Assembly (NCBI GenBank): GCA_050575255.1
Contig: JBNZDD010013650.1
Span: 2,636,073 to 2,700,072 of the forward strand
From: Harriotta raleighana
Lineage: Eukaryota
DNA: 64,000 nucleotides
Direction of reading: 5' to 3'
Made by a program: the position numbers and the translations under genes. The notes under the pieces are model-generated. The model did not search any database and was not told where the DNA came from. It saw nothing but the letters and a program-made list of their open reading frames with translations. Shown here piece after piece: positions 22,901 through 36,742 of this stretch (within the stretch, counting starts at the first letter, position 1; each line of letters opens with the position of its first letter).

Positions 22901-25189
22901 TGATTTAATGTTCTTTATGAACTTTACCTCAAACAATATCATACATCTCAGTTCTGAGCAGTCATATAACTAAAGTAGCAGATCTCTGGAGCAACACTAA
23001 AATGTGCTGTCTCTCTGGCTATTTTCCAGTGATAGATAACAACCTGTGGAAGCAGTGGGGAAAACAGTGCTTTTGTGGACTGTCTTGTAATCTCAGATGA
23101 TCATATTTTGCGTGTCCAGAGTATCATTTTGTCAAACAGAGATGCTGTTTGGTATTGAAACATTGTCTATGGTAAGATGTTTTGGTAGGAAATAAGCAGA
23201 TGAAAAATTAGGAGATTAAGAATTTCAAAAAACGTTAAAAGAAACCAACTGCACATCAGAGTCCTGCAATTTCAATTTAGTCTGTTTGTAAAACCACTTT
23301 GCCATAGAAATTAAAGTGGCACAGAACTGTTAAAAATCAAGACTGATTTTAAGAATTTAAGAACTGCAGAAATACCAGCTACTAAATTAAAACTGAATTT
23401 TGTACAATTCCAAACCACCTGAAATTTCAGAACAAAATGTGCGGGCTGCTCTATGACAGTGGCTAATATTATAATATTATGCTTTAGTTGGTAAAATGGA
23501 CTTATTCTTTCCATTAGCTTAGCTGATTTCAGTTTCGGATTCTACAATGAATTCCATCTGGGATAAGCAGGGAAAATAAAAGCCTGCCATGGTTCTTGCT
23601 CTTGATCACTGTCCAATCTACAGGATCGGACTCGGCCTCCCACGAAGTGCTACCAACAGAGGCACAACCTGTTATCACTCACAACCCAAACTCAGCACAG
23701 GAGGTCTGCTAGTACCTGTGAAAATCTTTTCCAGCACATGTCCATGTGGTCAGAATCAGTGAGACAATTGCTTTAAAACCATTACAAATATACATAATCC
23801 AGAATTCAAACCTTTAGTCTTTTGCTGCACAAGCATGTGGAATTACATACATTTACAGTTTGCTTCAGAGGTGAGATTGAGATGAAATAGTCTGCTGAAA
23901 CACGGTATTGAGATTGATGCAGTAAATTTCTAAAAATGCTTGAAAATAGTTGAATGCGATGAGGGCATTCAGCTCATTAAACCTACTGATTCCAGTGACC
24001 AATTTACTCAATTTTGTACTCTATACAAGTCACTCAGTTTCCTCAGACATCCTGCCCCAGGTAAAAACTTTGTGAAATTTCTTAGGGGGATAATTGATCT
24101 TAAAGCCATCAAATGTTCATTCAACCTCACAATTCCACTATTCAACTCTAACCAGTTGCATTCCTCAAATAAACTCAACAAAGGAATCGTTATTGTGTAC
24201 GGGATTAGATCTAAATCTATCATAATATTCAAAATCTTACTTAAACAGATAAGAACCTGTTTTAAAAGGAGTTAGAACCAGCAAAAATCAATGCTAAATA
24301 TATAAATGCATAAACTGTCATCTGGTGTGATGCCCCCCTCACCCAGCCAAGGAGTTTATGTTTGTTCGGAAAAACTGGATCATGTCCCCGCTCCAATGTT
24401 ATTTGAAATAAATTGACTCTCAAGAGTCAGAGTCACATTTCCAAGAATTATCTTTAATTATCTTTAGATTTTCACAGGTACTAGCAGACCTCCTGTTCTC
24501 CAAACTCCCCGACCCCCAGCTCGGATTCCAAACAGATTGTCCAGCATTGGGATGTCTTCTTGATGTGACAGGCACTATACAAATGTAATTTTGTTGCTAC
24601 TGTTGTTAAAATTCTGCTTTTTGGCATCTTTATTCAATTATTGTGCATTTTGGTTATCATTATTTCCCCCTTTTCTTGAAGGGAGTTATCTCCTTTCAAC
24701 TTGTCGTCAATTGCACTTGTTAAAGTTCCATTCAACTTCTGTAGTTTCTGCAGAAATTTAGCTTCCCTTTGAATCTGAATTATTTCTGATGACAAAATTT
24801 GTTTTTCTGTCAGTATTGTTATTTCAGGCCCCCCACTAAAATGAAAAAGTACAAGTCTTATTTCCAAAGAAGCACTTGAACACTAAAGATGGGCGTATCC
24901 AGATGGCTTATGTTCTGCATATGGTCTGTCCGTAATACACAGAACAACAGCAAGAAACATTCGCATTCCCTGTTAGAATCAGGAAAAATTTCTGCCTACA
25001 CAATTGGAGTTACATTTGGATTCCAGCTTGCAATGTAAACCAGTTGGAATCCTTAGGCCTCATCAGCCTGAGAGCATTGTTTCTGAATGAACTCACAATG
25101 ATAAACTCAGCTTTAAACTCAAGTTAAGTGGTTATTGAGATGCAAGAATTTAAAATTTTAATATTAATGCACATCCAAAGCAAACTTAC

Positions 25190-25402
25190 TTCCAGCAAAG
25201 GCTATCCAGCGGGCATATTTGGTGGCTTCTCTTCGCCAGTGTGATGCCACCAACAGGCCACACGTTACAGTCAATGAAATAATCCCCATGATGATGAAAA
25301 ATAGTGTTGTAACCCATTCAGGTGGAAGCTGTGGAGGAACACACGTCCGTTCACGCCCATGAATTGTCTGACAACGGCGGACAAGACCAACTGTCAGTGC
25401 AC
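25190..25402 (-). CDS. MOSMO: MOSMO (modulator of Smoothened, C16orf52) coding exon 2, 213 nt
   Basis: Acceptor ttccacag| and donor |gtaagt. Translates (G)ALTVGLVRRCQTIHGRERTCVPPQLPPEWVTTLFFIIMGIISLTVTCGLLVASHWRREATKYARWIAFAG, near-identical to vertebrate MOSMO as I recall it. The final A joins TG of exon 3 to make ATG. Confidence 0.96.
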
Positions 25403-26619
25403 CTGTGGAAGAAACAAATAGAAATTAATGTTCCGGTACCAAAATCTTAACACTGTTGTGTTCAATCAAATCAAAATCAAAATTTTATTTATAAAGCGCC
25501 TTTCACGTCGGGAGGACGTCCCAAAGCGTTAGATTAGTGTTGCACGCTAATCTAACACAGTTGAAACATACTGTAGAGTAATGTAGCGATATGTACAGAT
25601 AACATAACTAGTACTTATACAGAGCCTTTTATATGGGTGACTGTCTAAAATCATTTCAAAAGATAATGGGGGAAAATCAACAAGTATGAAAGAAAAATTG
25701 TGGTATTTGAAGTACCTGTAGTTGACTAATGACAAGACCACAGCCTGAAATGGGTACTATCCTAACAGATGGGTTACAAGAGAAAACCTCGGCAGGAGGA
25801 ACTGGGTATAAGTACAGTGATGATTTATCGGTGCAAGTGCATAATAATTCTAAAATTTGCCCTTCTACAACTAGATGAAGAATTTGAACAGAATATACTT
25901 CCTCCAGATTTCATTATGTGGTGTAAGCTCCTGCATATCCCCACTGCTAGTTTGACAAACCTTGATGGACATGGGACATGCCCACCTTGTCAGGCAGAAA
26001 TGCAACAAGGATACAACAAGCATCAAAAGAAAAAAAAAGAAAAAATGCAGAACTGCAAACGGAAACAAATTGCTCTGCTAATGAGTCAGTGTGTAAATAT
26101 ACTGTGCAATGTGGTCCTGATCCAAGAGTGACCAAAAATACCTATTTGTTTTAATGATCAATGCTGAATTACATGATGTTACCAATAGAATTTCTGTTTA
26201 GAATTTCAGCATCTTGGGACGTCCTCCTGACGTGAAAGGCACTCTATAAATGTAATTTTGTTGTTGTTGTTACCAGAGTTTGTGGTAGTGGGGCACTACA
26301 TTTAAGAACTATGTCTCTGGGCTAGGGAGTAAAATACAATTGTTCTCACATCACAACACTATCCAATGCCATCTTCTGGAAAGTGATTGTGGACCTGGTT
26401 GTCATATACACTTTCTTCCCTGTCCCCCAAACTGAATGTTTGGTCCACATGTCCATGCACCTTAGTCCCCAGTAGTCTCTCGAACAAAGCACCCAGTATA
26501 AACCACTATCTTCTGGAGAGTAGAAATAAAGAGGAAATACATCCAGGGAAAAAGGGGCATCAATCTACCTTGATTTCAAGTGATTAAACCATATGATTCA
26601 CAAAACACACTCAACCAAA

Positions 26620-27265
26620 CTATAGTAAATATAAATCCACCATCCACCAAGAAGGAATCCCGAAATGTGTATAGGACAACTTTCTTGATCAGTATGTTTC
26701 CAGCCCAACGAGGAAGGAAGCAGTGCTGGATCTAGTTCTGGGGAATGAAGTGTGGCAAATGGAGCAGGTTTCAGTAGGAGAGCATCTGATCACAACATCA
26801 TTAGATTCAGAGTACTTATGGAAAGGGACAAGGAATAATCAAAGGTGAGGGGACAGAACAAATACATTCCCACAAAGGGGAAAAGTTGGGCATCCAAACC
26901 TCCCTGCATGACTAAGGAAATTGAGACTAAAATAAAACAGAAAAAGGAGCCTTATGATAACGTCAGGCCCAAAATTCAGAAGACAACCAAACAGAATATA
27001 GGAAGTACAGAGGAGAATTGAAAAAGGAAATAAGAGAGGCAAAGAGATTATACGAGAAAAGATTAGCGGGTAACATTAAAGGGAACCCTAAGGTATTTTA
27101 CAAGCATGAATAAAAGGTTAGTCAAAGATAGAGTGGGGACACTTAGGGATCAATTATCATGGATATCTTATCATGGAGGCAGAGGGCATGGCTGTCTTTA
27201 CATCTGTCTTCACAAGAGAAGAGGATGCAGCGAGAGCCACAGTATCAGAGGAGAGCGTAGAGGAA
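26620..27265 (+). mobile_element. Degraded CR1 ORF2 fragment (endonuclease-linker region)
   Basis: PTRKEAVLDLVLGNE-like and IKGNPKVFYK-like motifs. Confidence 0.8.
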
Positions 27266-28877
27266 TTTTTTTGTTGCAATGATCTGTAGTTTACGGGGAA
27301 AAAATAACAGATCTCCATTGTACATAAACTTAATGGTTTGTTCATGTGAAATAAACTTATGCTTTTAAAAAAAAGTTTGGTGATTTTTAAAAATATAGAT
27401 GCAAATATTGTTTTAATGGGTGAACCCAAAAACAAAGCAAATATGGAAAAGAAAGGTTAGTGGAACTTTCTGTATTGCAGTTATTTTCTTTAAAAATGTT
27501 ACCTAATAATTGCTTCCAAAAATAACCAGCCTACACTGGTTCATGTTGTATTTTCTGGCACAGCTTGAACATGTGGATCCAGGGCAATTTGTGGCTTCCT
27601 GTACACTATGTTCTGCATTTTTGAGGATATCATAAGCACAATCAGTAAAAATAAGTTGTTTGCTTTGGTCATTAGCAGTAATCATTTGAATAACCCAAAG
27701 ATCCCCAACCATAGAAATACAAAAAATGGATTATTTGCTTGATATAAAACCCAACTCAAATTTGTCAACACATACACTCTTCCTTTCCCTCAGGCTAATC
27801 TTCATCAACAACAACAATTTACATTGTATAACGCCTTTCATATTGGAAGTATGTGCCAAGGTGATGATCAAGAGTACTTTGTAGGACATGGATAGTTCCA
27901 GAGCTGAAGGGTCCATGGAAATCTAACCCAAGGGAGACTAACGATGAAGCTATGGATGCAGGATATAATCAAAACACAAAATACTTCAAATGCTGGAAAT
28001 CGGAAACAAAAACTGGAGTCACTGGGAACAAGGCTGCCTGACCTGCTGTGTGTTCCCATGCAGAATATAACGCTAGATAGGTATGTTTTGGGGATTCATT
28101 TTCTCTTTGTGGGCAAGGGAGATTTTATGCAACTTTCTGAAATAGGCTGAATCTCCAAACCAAACTACCAAGAGTTCTATACATGTATGTTTTCTGTTTG
28201 TCTATGATGGAGAGTGCACACCCTCAACAGATCCTGAAGAATTTAGGCCCGATTGGCAAGAGCCAAAGCTTTGGGACTCACTTGTGGGCTGGAGCTTACA
28301 TGAAAAATGTGCAGCTTGTCTTTCAGAACACTGGGAAGCTTCCTGCTGATTCTCCTCATGAGTACAGTTTTTTCACAAACCACTCTGTTAGGTAAGGCTT
28401 TGGTTTGCAGTGTTGAAATGATTGCTTAAAACCACTTTTTGCAGAATATTTCACTGAAAATTGATAGATTTGGCAAGCTGTATTTTCTGCAATGTTTTCA
28501 GTTGCTACAAATCCTTAACTCCACTGGTCAGTGAGTCAGGAATAAGAGGGTATACATTTAAGACGATTACAAAAGAATTAGGAAGTAAAGGTTAGGAAAT
28601 AAAACCAGGATTGAGTAAAATTCTCTTATGTTGTTGCAACATTCTAAAATCCTCCAGTTGCATCAATTCCACATTTCCCAACAGGAGATACCTACAGCAG
28701 GCAAGTAATCAAGTAAAACCTCGATAATCCAGCACAGTTGGGCCCACTCACCTCCCAGATTTTGGAGTTTGCTGGTATTTAGAGCCTACACTAGAAATGG
28801 CTGGGGAAGACCCGCTCGATATACTAAGTGAGCTGAAGCCAAACAATAGCCGAGCTCCACCCACAGCCCCGGGGGAC

Positions 28878-29387
28878 AAACAACAACAACAACAACAAAA
28901 TTACACTTATAGAGCGCGTTTCACGTCAGGAGGACGTCCCAAGGCGCTGGACAGATTGGTTCAGGACCCGAGCAAGGGAAAATGTTCAGGGCGAGGGGGG
29001 GGAAGGGTAGGAGCAGGGAGGGGGTAGAGAGTCGAGAGGGGAGTTGAAGGCACGGTCGAAGAGAAAGGTCTTGAGACCGGCCTTGAAAGAGGAAAGGGAG
29101 GGAGCGAGGCGAAGGCACAGGGGGATGGAGTTCCAGAGCCTGGGGGCTGAGCGGCTGAAAGCCCGGCCGCCGATGGTAGGACGGTTAGGGCAAGGGCTGT
29201 GGAGCAGACCAGTGCCAGAGGAACGGAGGGTACGGGCAGGTAGATAGGGGGATAGTAGGTCGGAGAGGTAGGAGGGAGCAAGGCCGTGAATGGCCTTGTA
29301 GGTGAGGGTGAGGATCTTGAATTCGATCCTCTGGGGGATGGGGAGCCAGTGGAGACGGGCGAGGGTGGGAGTGATGTGGTCTCGAGC
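28878..29387 (-). mobile_element. Young L2 LINE 3' fragment
   Basis: Very similar to 41035-41545; (TTG)n tail. Confidence 0.9.
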
Positions 29388-29473
29388 GTAGCCATAAAGT
29401 GGCTACCTACAAGCCGCTGCTCCCAATTTTCGGGGATTTGCCGTCATCGGAAAAAAATCTAATTCTGTTTGTA

Positions 29474-29888
29474 CAGTAAAACCTAGTTTATCCATGACTC
29501 GATGAATCAGAAAACCTGTTCAACCGCCATCTCAAAAAAAGTCCTGATTCAATGAACCGGAAGTCATCTGGCAAATAGTGATGGCGCGTTTAATGAATTG
29601 ACTGTCGCATGCGAGTACTGGTGCAGGTACTGGTGCTAGTCGGGTCTAAACTCGCTCCTGCTCCTTTCAAAAATCGCGTTTTTTTTTACCTCCATTGGGT
29701 GAGGGCTGCCATTGTGAAGTTAAGTATAAATAATAAAGTACTAATACAATATTCTGTTATTGTTTAGTCTATTATTAATATGGTATGTGTTAAAATCATC
29801 TTTAATTTTTTTTTTAAAAGTTCAACCGGAAAACTGTTTAACCGCCACTGTCCAGGTTCCGTGGGTGCCGGATAAATGGGTGTTACTG
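29474..29888. mobile_element. Tigger/pogo-like MITE
   Basis: TA|cagtaaaacctagtttatcc ... ggataaatgggtgttactg|TA; same family as 42615-43061, in the opposite orientation. Confidence 0.85.
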
Positions 29889-31057
29889 TATTTTTAAATC
29901 TTGTCGGTTTTAGGGAGTTGCCGGCTTTCGGAATGTCAGGTTATTGAGCTTTTACTATATCTGAAAAGATCCTCCTTAACATTTAGCACATTTTACAGGT
30001 ATATTGCGTACTACGTGCACTGGTAATTGATGTTGAAGACATGAGCTGCGTTCACTCTCTGATGCCTGTGAACCCTAGCTGTTAGATTTCAAGTTACACT
30101 TCAATTTCTGCACCACTGATGCAGGCTAAATACGTTTCACAACAGAATCGTTCACTTGCAGACAGCTCAAATATCTATTTTTCTGAAAAGATCTCCCACT
30201 CAGAGATGAAACAGACAGTCAGTCACCTGAAACTAACTGAATCTCATTGGTATCCATTAAGGACCTTCAATCTGCGATCAATTAGTTTTAAAGCAGCTTA
30301 GTAAATTGAATTTTTAAATAGATTTGCTCGCATAGGAGCATCTGTTCCCTAACAGAGGCTAATAGGATTCTATCAATTTAACGTGATACCGTATTGTTGC
30401 CGTGCTGAAACATGATCATTCACAACTCTTCCAAGCAGACAGGGAGCAATTTATTGCTCAGTGCATGTATGTATAGCAGAGAAAAATAAGTGATAATCTT
30501 AATCATAAATACAGAATTAAGTCCATCATTGGATGATGCCACAGCCAAAAAAAATGCTTTCCCACCAGCCACTGCCATACTAGTTGCTGCAGAACACTTG
30601 CAACAGTAGAACCCTGTTGTAAATAGTTAAGACAGGGTCTATAAAATTATTTATTATTTATTTATTTATTTGATTTATTTATACCAATGATTGTTAGAAG
30701 GGAGTGCAATTATTGCCAACATCACTGTCATCACTGGTCATTACATCGTGCTCAAAATGCCAGCCAACACAATAATGGTTTTTGGAGCATGACATTGTAA
30801 TATGATCAGCTTTCTGTCACATTATGGATTTATTTTAGTAAATAAAAGCAAGAGTCCAAACCCCAATTGCACTATAAGCAAACCTGCTTTAAAGGGATAT
30901 AATTGGGTTCTACCATACCTGCCATTGCTGGCTGCCAGTTGTAGATAGATATTTTGGAGAAGCAAGTTTAAAATAATCCTTATATTTGATATAGTGCCCA
31001 TAATAATCATCCTTGCATTTGATAAAGTGCCTGATTTTGTCTTTGAGATGTCTCAAA

Positions 31058-31750
31058 ACAACTACAACAACAAAATTCCATTTGTAGAGTGCCTTGCACG
31101 TTGGGAGGACATCCCAAGGTGCTGCACAGTCAGGGGTCAGGACCCGAGCATGGGGGGGTGGTATGGAGGGGGGGTGGCAGGGTTGGGATGAAGGAGTTCA
31201 GAGAGCTAGGAGGGCGGCTTAAAGCATGATCGAAAAGGAGGTTCTTCAGTTGGGCCTTGAAGGAGGCAAAGGAGGGAGGAAGGCGAAGGGATTGTGGGAT
31301 GGAATTCTAAAAGGTGGGGGCAGAAAGGCTGAAAGCTGGGCAGCCAATGGTAGGGTAGGTCAGGCAGGAGACATGGAGTAGGTTGGAGTCTGATGAAGTG
31401 GACGGGCTGATAGGGAACCAGCAGGTAAAACTGTGGAGAGCTTTAAAGTGAGGACAAGAATTTTGAATTCTATCCTCTGAGGGATGGGGAGTCAGTGGAG
31501 CCAGGTGAGGGTGGGGGTGATGGCATCACAGAGCCTGGTATAGGAGAGGACATGAGTAGCAGTTTTACGATCTGCAGCTTGTGAGGTGACAAACGCATTT
31601 ATGAGGGTTTCGGCAGCCTGAATGGTGAGGCAATGGCGGAGTCGGGCAATGTTGCAGAGGTGATAGAAGGCAGAGCTGGTCATAGTATGGGAGAAAGGAC
31701 AGTTGAGAGTCGAACAAGACACCCAGGTTCCTAACTGGCTTGGTAAAGCA
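31058..31750 (-). mobile_element. Degraded L2 3' fragment
   Basis: SAFYHLCNIARLRHCLTIQAAETLINAFVTS plus an L2 tail. Confidence 0.85.
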
Positions 31751-32629
31751 CCTCACAGAATACACTATAAAGTTAATTGATTATATTTTGTGGGCGAAAT
31801 ACAGCAGCGATTGTACACAGCAGTGTCATACAAACAAGTGTGTAACCAAATTATTAGTATTTTTTCTAATTTATTTTTGTTTTGAAGAGATTATTATGCC
31901 CGGAAAAGTAATCCACCAATCAACTAACCATCGGATTCCTACTTATTGTTTGGTAAACAAAGGCAACTTGCCCTGACCGGGAATCAAACCCAGGCATCTC
32001 ACTTGTGAGGCAAATGCTCTAACCACCCAGTTACAGGACTACATAAAGTCAAGCTCTCAAAGCATTTCACAACTAAGCATGAAATGGATGACCATTTTAT
32101 TTTAATTCGGGGGATCGTTGACTAGGACTCTGGGAGAAACTCCTCTTTTAGAATATTGTCTTGAGATGAATAATTTTAATCAAGCATTCCAACAGAACCG
32201 TAGCTAAATTTTTCATCTAAAATAAACATATCTGCCAATACAGCAATCATCCAACATTGCACTGCGGTGTTAGGCTAGAGCCTGAGGGGATGCAGTATTC
32301 CCTTGAATTGATTGCTGTGCTGAGACTGACCACCTAGATCTTTTGAGATTTGGAGATCAGATTAGGTCATTTACAGTTCTGTTCAAAAGGAAACCATCTG
32401 AAACTACTAGAAGAGTTTTGCAGGCCACAGACCAGTGCTACAAAGTGAAGGGTACGCACATTAGGACTCCATTCGACAGGGAACTGGATGAGAAACTGAG
32501 CAGTAAAAAATATTGAGGAATATGGGAAAAGAGCTGAAAGTACGATTAATAATAAAGGGTGACAATACAATTAACAGTGATTCAGACACAATAGTTTGAA
32601 TTGTCTGCGTACATTTGCATTTCACAAGA

Positions 32630-33300
32630 TTGGTTTGGATGAAGAAGTCCCTTCGGCCAACCCAATCTCATACCTCCAAAATACTCAGCCTACCATCTCC
32701 CCATCAAAGTATCAAGTTGCTTTTTAAACAAGTCCTTGCCTCTATCACCTTTTCTGGCAACCTTTTCCAGTCAATGATTACGCTTGTACTAGAAAAAACC
32801 TTCCTGGTATCTGTCCTAAAATAACCCATTACAACTCTAAACTTATGTTCTCTTGTTCTAATGGGTTGTTCCATCCTAAAATATTGAATCAGGTTTACCT
32901 TTTCAATCCCATTTAAAATGTAATGGACATTTTCAGTGCCTTGGGACGTCCTCGTGATGTGAAAGGCGCTATGCAAGTATAATTTTGTTGTTTGCTGTTG
33001 TTGTAATACCGATTAGGTCCTTCCGAGTTGTCTTCTCTTAAAACTGAGGAACTTTAGCTTGTCTGCTCATTGCTTTTAGCTTCTCCTTTAACACTGGGGA
33101 TCACCCTTATTGCCTTCCTCTGGAGCCTGTGCAGCCCATTATGTAATGGTGACCAGAATATTATGCAGTATTCAAAGGTGCGGTCTGACCATTGTACTGC
33201 ACTGCCCAACTATAACACTGGACATCTAGACTCAATTGTCATAGCAATATAGCCCAGCATCCTGATTTATTTGGATTGCTTTTCTATTTTGGAGATATTG
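32630..33300 (-). mobile_element. Degraded CR1 3' fragment with an L2-tail insertion (~32935-33003)
   Basis: TREHKFRV...RTDTRKVFS...WKRLPEKVIEA. Confidence 0.75.
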
Positions 33301-34694
33301 TAGCTTACCCATGTGTACTTATTGTGGTAACCTCTGTACAGACATACTGGTTCCAAAATACTGTAAACTCCAAACAAACAGATCACTCTGAGCTAGGGAC
33401 CAGTTTAAAAGCATTACAGCATATATCTAACCATATCCAATTTCATTTTTAGTATATGAAAATTAACCCGTTCTCACCGTATCACATCAAATGTTACTGG
33501 CTGCTCTTTTTTTAATAAAAAGCACCGGATTAAAAATCATTCCCCAAAATCATAATCAAAAACACTACCCAGTCAACAACAACCTGTATTTATACAGCGT
33601 CCTTCATATGGGATTGCATCTCGGGGCACTTAAGTCAGTGAATCTTGGCAGGATATTCAACGTCAGTGCATCACAGCTGAGTCTTGACACTGATCTAGTG
33701 CATGAATAAAGTGCATGAAAACGTTTGCAGTCCAAAAAGATAAATTCACCGTCATTGCATGATTCAAACCTGCAGAGCTGCAGAACAAATATTCAACTGA
33801 CACTAACCCTTCTAATTTAGAACAGCTCCAATAAACTGCCACTTAAAATGTAAAATAGTGTACGCCTCACATAGCACAAATGATTCTTACTGCTTGGTAA
33901 AGCATGCTGCTTTTCTAATGACCGCCCTACTCCCAAAATGAGAAAACACAAAGGCACTCTCAAATTACTGGCAGAGATTAGTAATAATAATCCTGGTATT
34001 TGATATAAGGCCTTGCTAATCACATCGTCAAGATATCTCAAATTGCGTCACGGGCTAGATATATTGACAATGTACATTCTGTAGATGTGGTCCTCAAAGA
34101 TGTGGTCCTTAAATAATTTCAAGATTCATATTCAATATTTGCAGTATTAAACATATCATAATCCCATCAGTTAATGCCTCAAATAATCCATAAAACAAGA
34201 ATGTAAACAATTATTTTTATGTTTAAAGGAAATGTGAACAATATTTCAGTAGAATTTTAAACCAAGGAATATTTTAATCCACAAATTAACCTATCCAAAG
34301 TGCATACGTGAGCACGTATTTGCTAAATTACAAGCAGATCCCTGAGCCAAATAATATTAATATAAATTCTATTTGTTTGGCAGCTGCTAACTTCAATCTT
34401 ATTTTACTCTGAAGCTGTAATATAAACACCAGATGGTAACAGCTGAACTTAACCTTTAACTTCCAAATATTCGCAACAGCTATCTTTAGTAATGTTCCTG
34501 TACATATTCAAATGTATCACCACATTGTACTTATTGTATGGCTCTGCGAATTTGAACAGCAGGTTTCTGATTTCCAGCAGGTTATCTTACATTTCCCTTG
34601 ATCCCAGTGAAAGCTCGAATTATAGTCACAGAGGCATCAAGCAAAACTTGATCAGATTACCCTGATAAGGCTCTTATAAATTTTTATATCTGTT

Positions 34695-35600
34695 AGTTCT
34701 GTTGTCCGCCTTGACCTATCTGCCACCTTCAAAACAGTTGACCACTCCATCGTCCTACATCATGATCTCTCTCTTCCCAGCTCAATCTTCCTGGACCTGC
34801 CCTTGCCTGGTTTGAAACTTACCTCCTCTGTTGTCTGCACTTTGTTGCCACTAATGGCTTCTCCTCCAGGCCCACACTGTCATGTGTCGTCCCCCAGGGC
34901 TCTGTCCTTGCCCCTCTCTTTTTCAACATCAATATGCTCCCCCTCGGTGACATCATTCGTAGATATGGGGTCAACTTCCATATGTATGTGGATGACACCC
35001 AACTCTATCTTTCTGCCTCCATCCTCAATTCTAGAACCACTGCCGTCCTGAGAGTCCTGGATGAGTGCTAAGTTTTTACAAGTGAATGTCAAGAAGACTG
35101 AGGGCATCTTGATTGGCTCATGCCAGTGTCTCCATACCTCAGGCACTGGCAGTTCAACCTCCATGATTGCACACTCCACCTCACCAAGCTAGTCAGGAAC
35201 CTACGTGTTGTTCAATGCTCAACTGTCTTTTCTCCCATATATCTATGCATGACCCACTATGCCTTCTCTCACCTCCGCAACATTGCCTGACCTCTCCACT
35301 ATCTCCACCGCCAGGCTGCTGAAACTCTCATTCATGCCTTCATTACTTTCAGGCTCGACTGGGGGAGCCTTCAGCCACTCTGACCCCATCTCTGGAATTC
35401 CATCCTGCAGTTCCTGTGCCTAGCCCTCTTCTGAACCTCCTTCAAGTCCCACCTCGGACACTTCCGGTTGACCATGTCATCGGTCACCCCACTTGCCCTC
35501 CCTTCCCTCCTTCCTCCTCGACCGCGAATCCAGCTCATGTTCGAAACACTGACTGTCCAGCACCTTGAAAGGCGCTATACAAATGTAATTCTTTTGTTGT
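34695..35600 (+). mobile_element. Degraded L2 RT fragment
   Basis: LDLSATFKTVDH, PQGSVL, FHMYVDDTQLY motifs and an L2 tail. Confidence 0.9.
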
Positions 35601-36742
35601 TAGCTGGAGTTCCTATGAAAACAATTCGGTTCTTTATACAGAAAACACAGATTTATAAAGTCGAACTATTTCTTCAAATTCAAATTAATTTGGAAGATTA
35701 AAATTCACATTTCTATTAAAGGTTCCAATTACAGTTGAACAGGTTAAAGAGAATCAAAATAAAATGACCCCCAATATACTACAGACGATATAAACCTTTT
35801 CTCTTGATTCACTTCAATATTCTTTCTAAAATATAATGTAAAATTAACCCCCTTCCAAATTTTTTTTTTTTTTACCAGGAACTCTGTTTTGATTTCTTCC
35901 TTCTTTAGGCACTGGCTCTATTTCTAACATTAATATAGATCTGAGATGGATCTGAAATGTTATCTTCCTTGTCAGTTTAGATCAGAATTATACTGGCTAT
36001 CAACTGAGATATGAGGAGCAAGTATTTGGGCATTTGATGCAAATGTACACAATTTTAATTGAGTTGTTATATTAGTCCCAAAGCAATACAACAACTTGTA
36101 TTTATATAGAGCCCTTCATTTGGACAGTGTCTCAGAGCGCTGTTTGCCACTTAAAAAGCTTTAGACATCATTAATGCAATGTGCTTAATTCACTTATACT
36201 GCAGACCCACTTCCTAAAGTGATTCTGCAAAGCTAGCTTCTGGCCTTAATGCTACAGAAGCCACCTGGTTATATTGCAATATGCTTTCTACAGCAGTCTT
36301 AAATTACACAGACAAGCTATCTGCAACCCATACAGGTCAACAATTGCCTTTGTTGGGCTTCACGCACTATAGCGCTTGAATTAGTCAGTCTGCCAGCAAC
36401 CCAACCAAATGCAAGCAGCTTCTGCCAACATATCCAATTTGTGTTTTTGTGTCTTCAGAGACAACGCTGCTTTCGAGCAAGCAAGTTAAGACTACTTCTT
36501 GTTGCTCACTGATCCAGCGGCAATCATATCCTAATTTAGGGTGGCACTGTTATTGACTGTAAGATAACAATCTGGATATAGCATAAAAGGAGTCACAATA
36601 TGGAAATTGGCTGAGTAAACATAAGAGGGAGAGGAAACAGGAATAAAGGAAGGCAACAACTCTTTGAACTCAACATAAGAGCACTATAGCCCAAAGAACA
36701 ATAACTTTAATCATAACCTAATAAATAGTTTCTGCCCACANN

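Larger units (their letters stand above)
28711..29957. mobile_element. Tigger/pogo-like MITE carrying nested L2 and MITE insertions
   Basis: Degenerate TIRs aagtaaaacctcgataatcc ... ggttattgagcttttacta. Confidence 0.65.

Noticed and set aside
32328-32336. GLI-like site GACCACCTA in MOSMO intron 1
   Set aside because: A single non-consensus 9-mer next to decayed repeat sequence, expected by chance.
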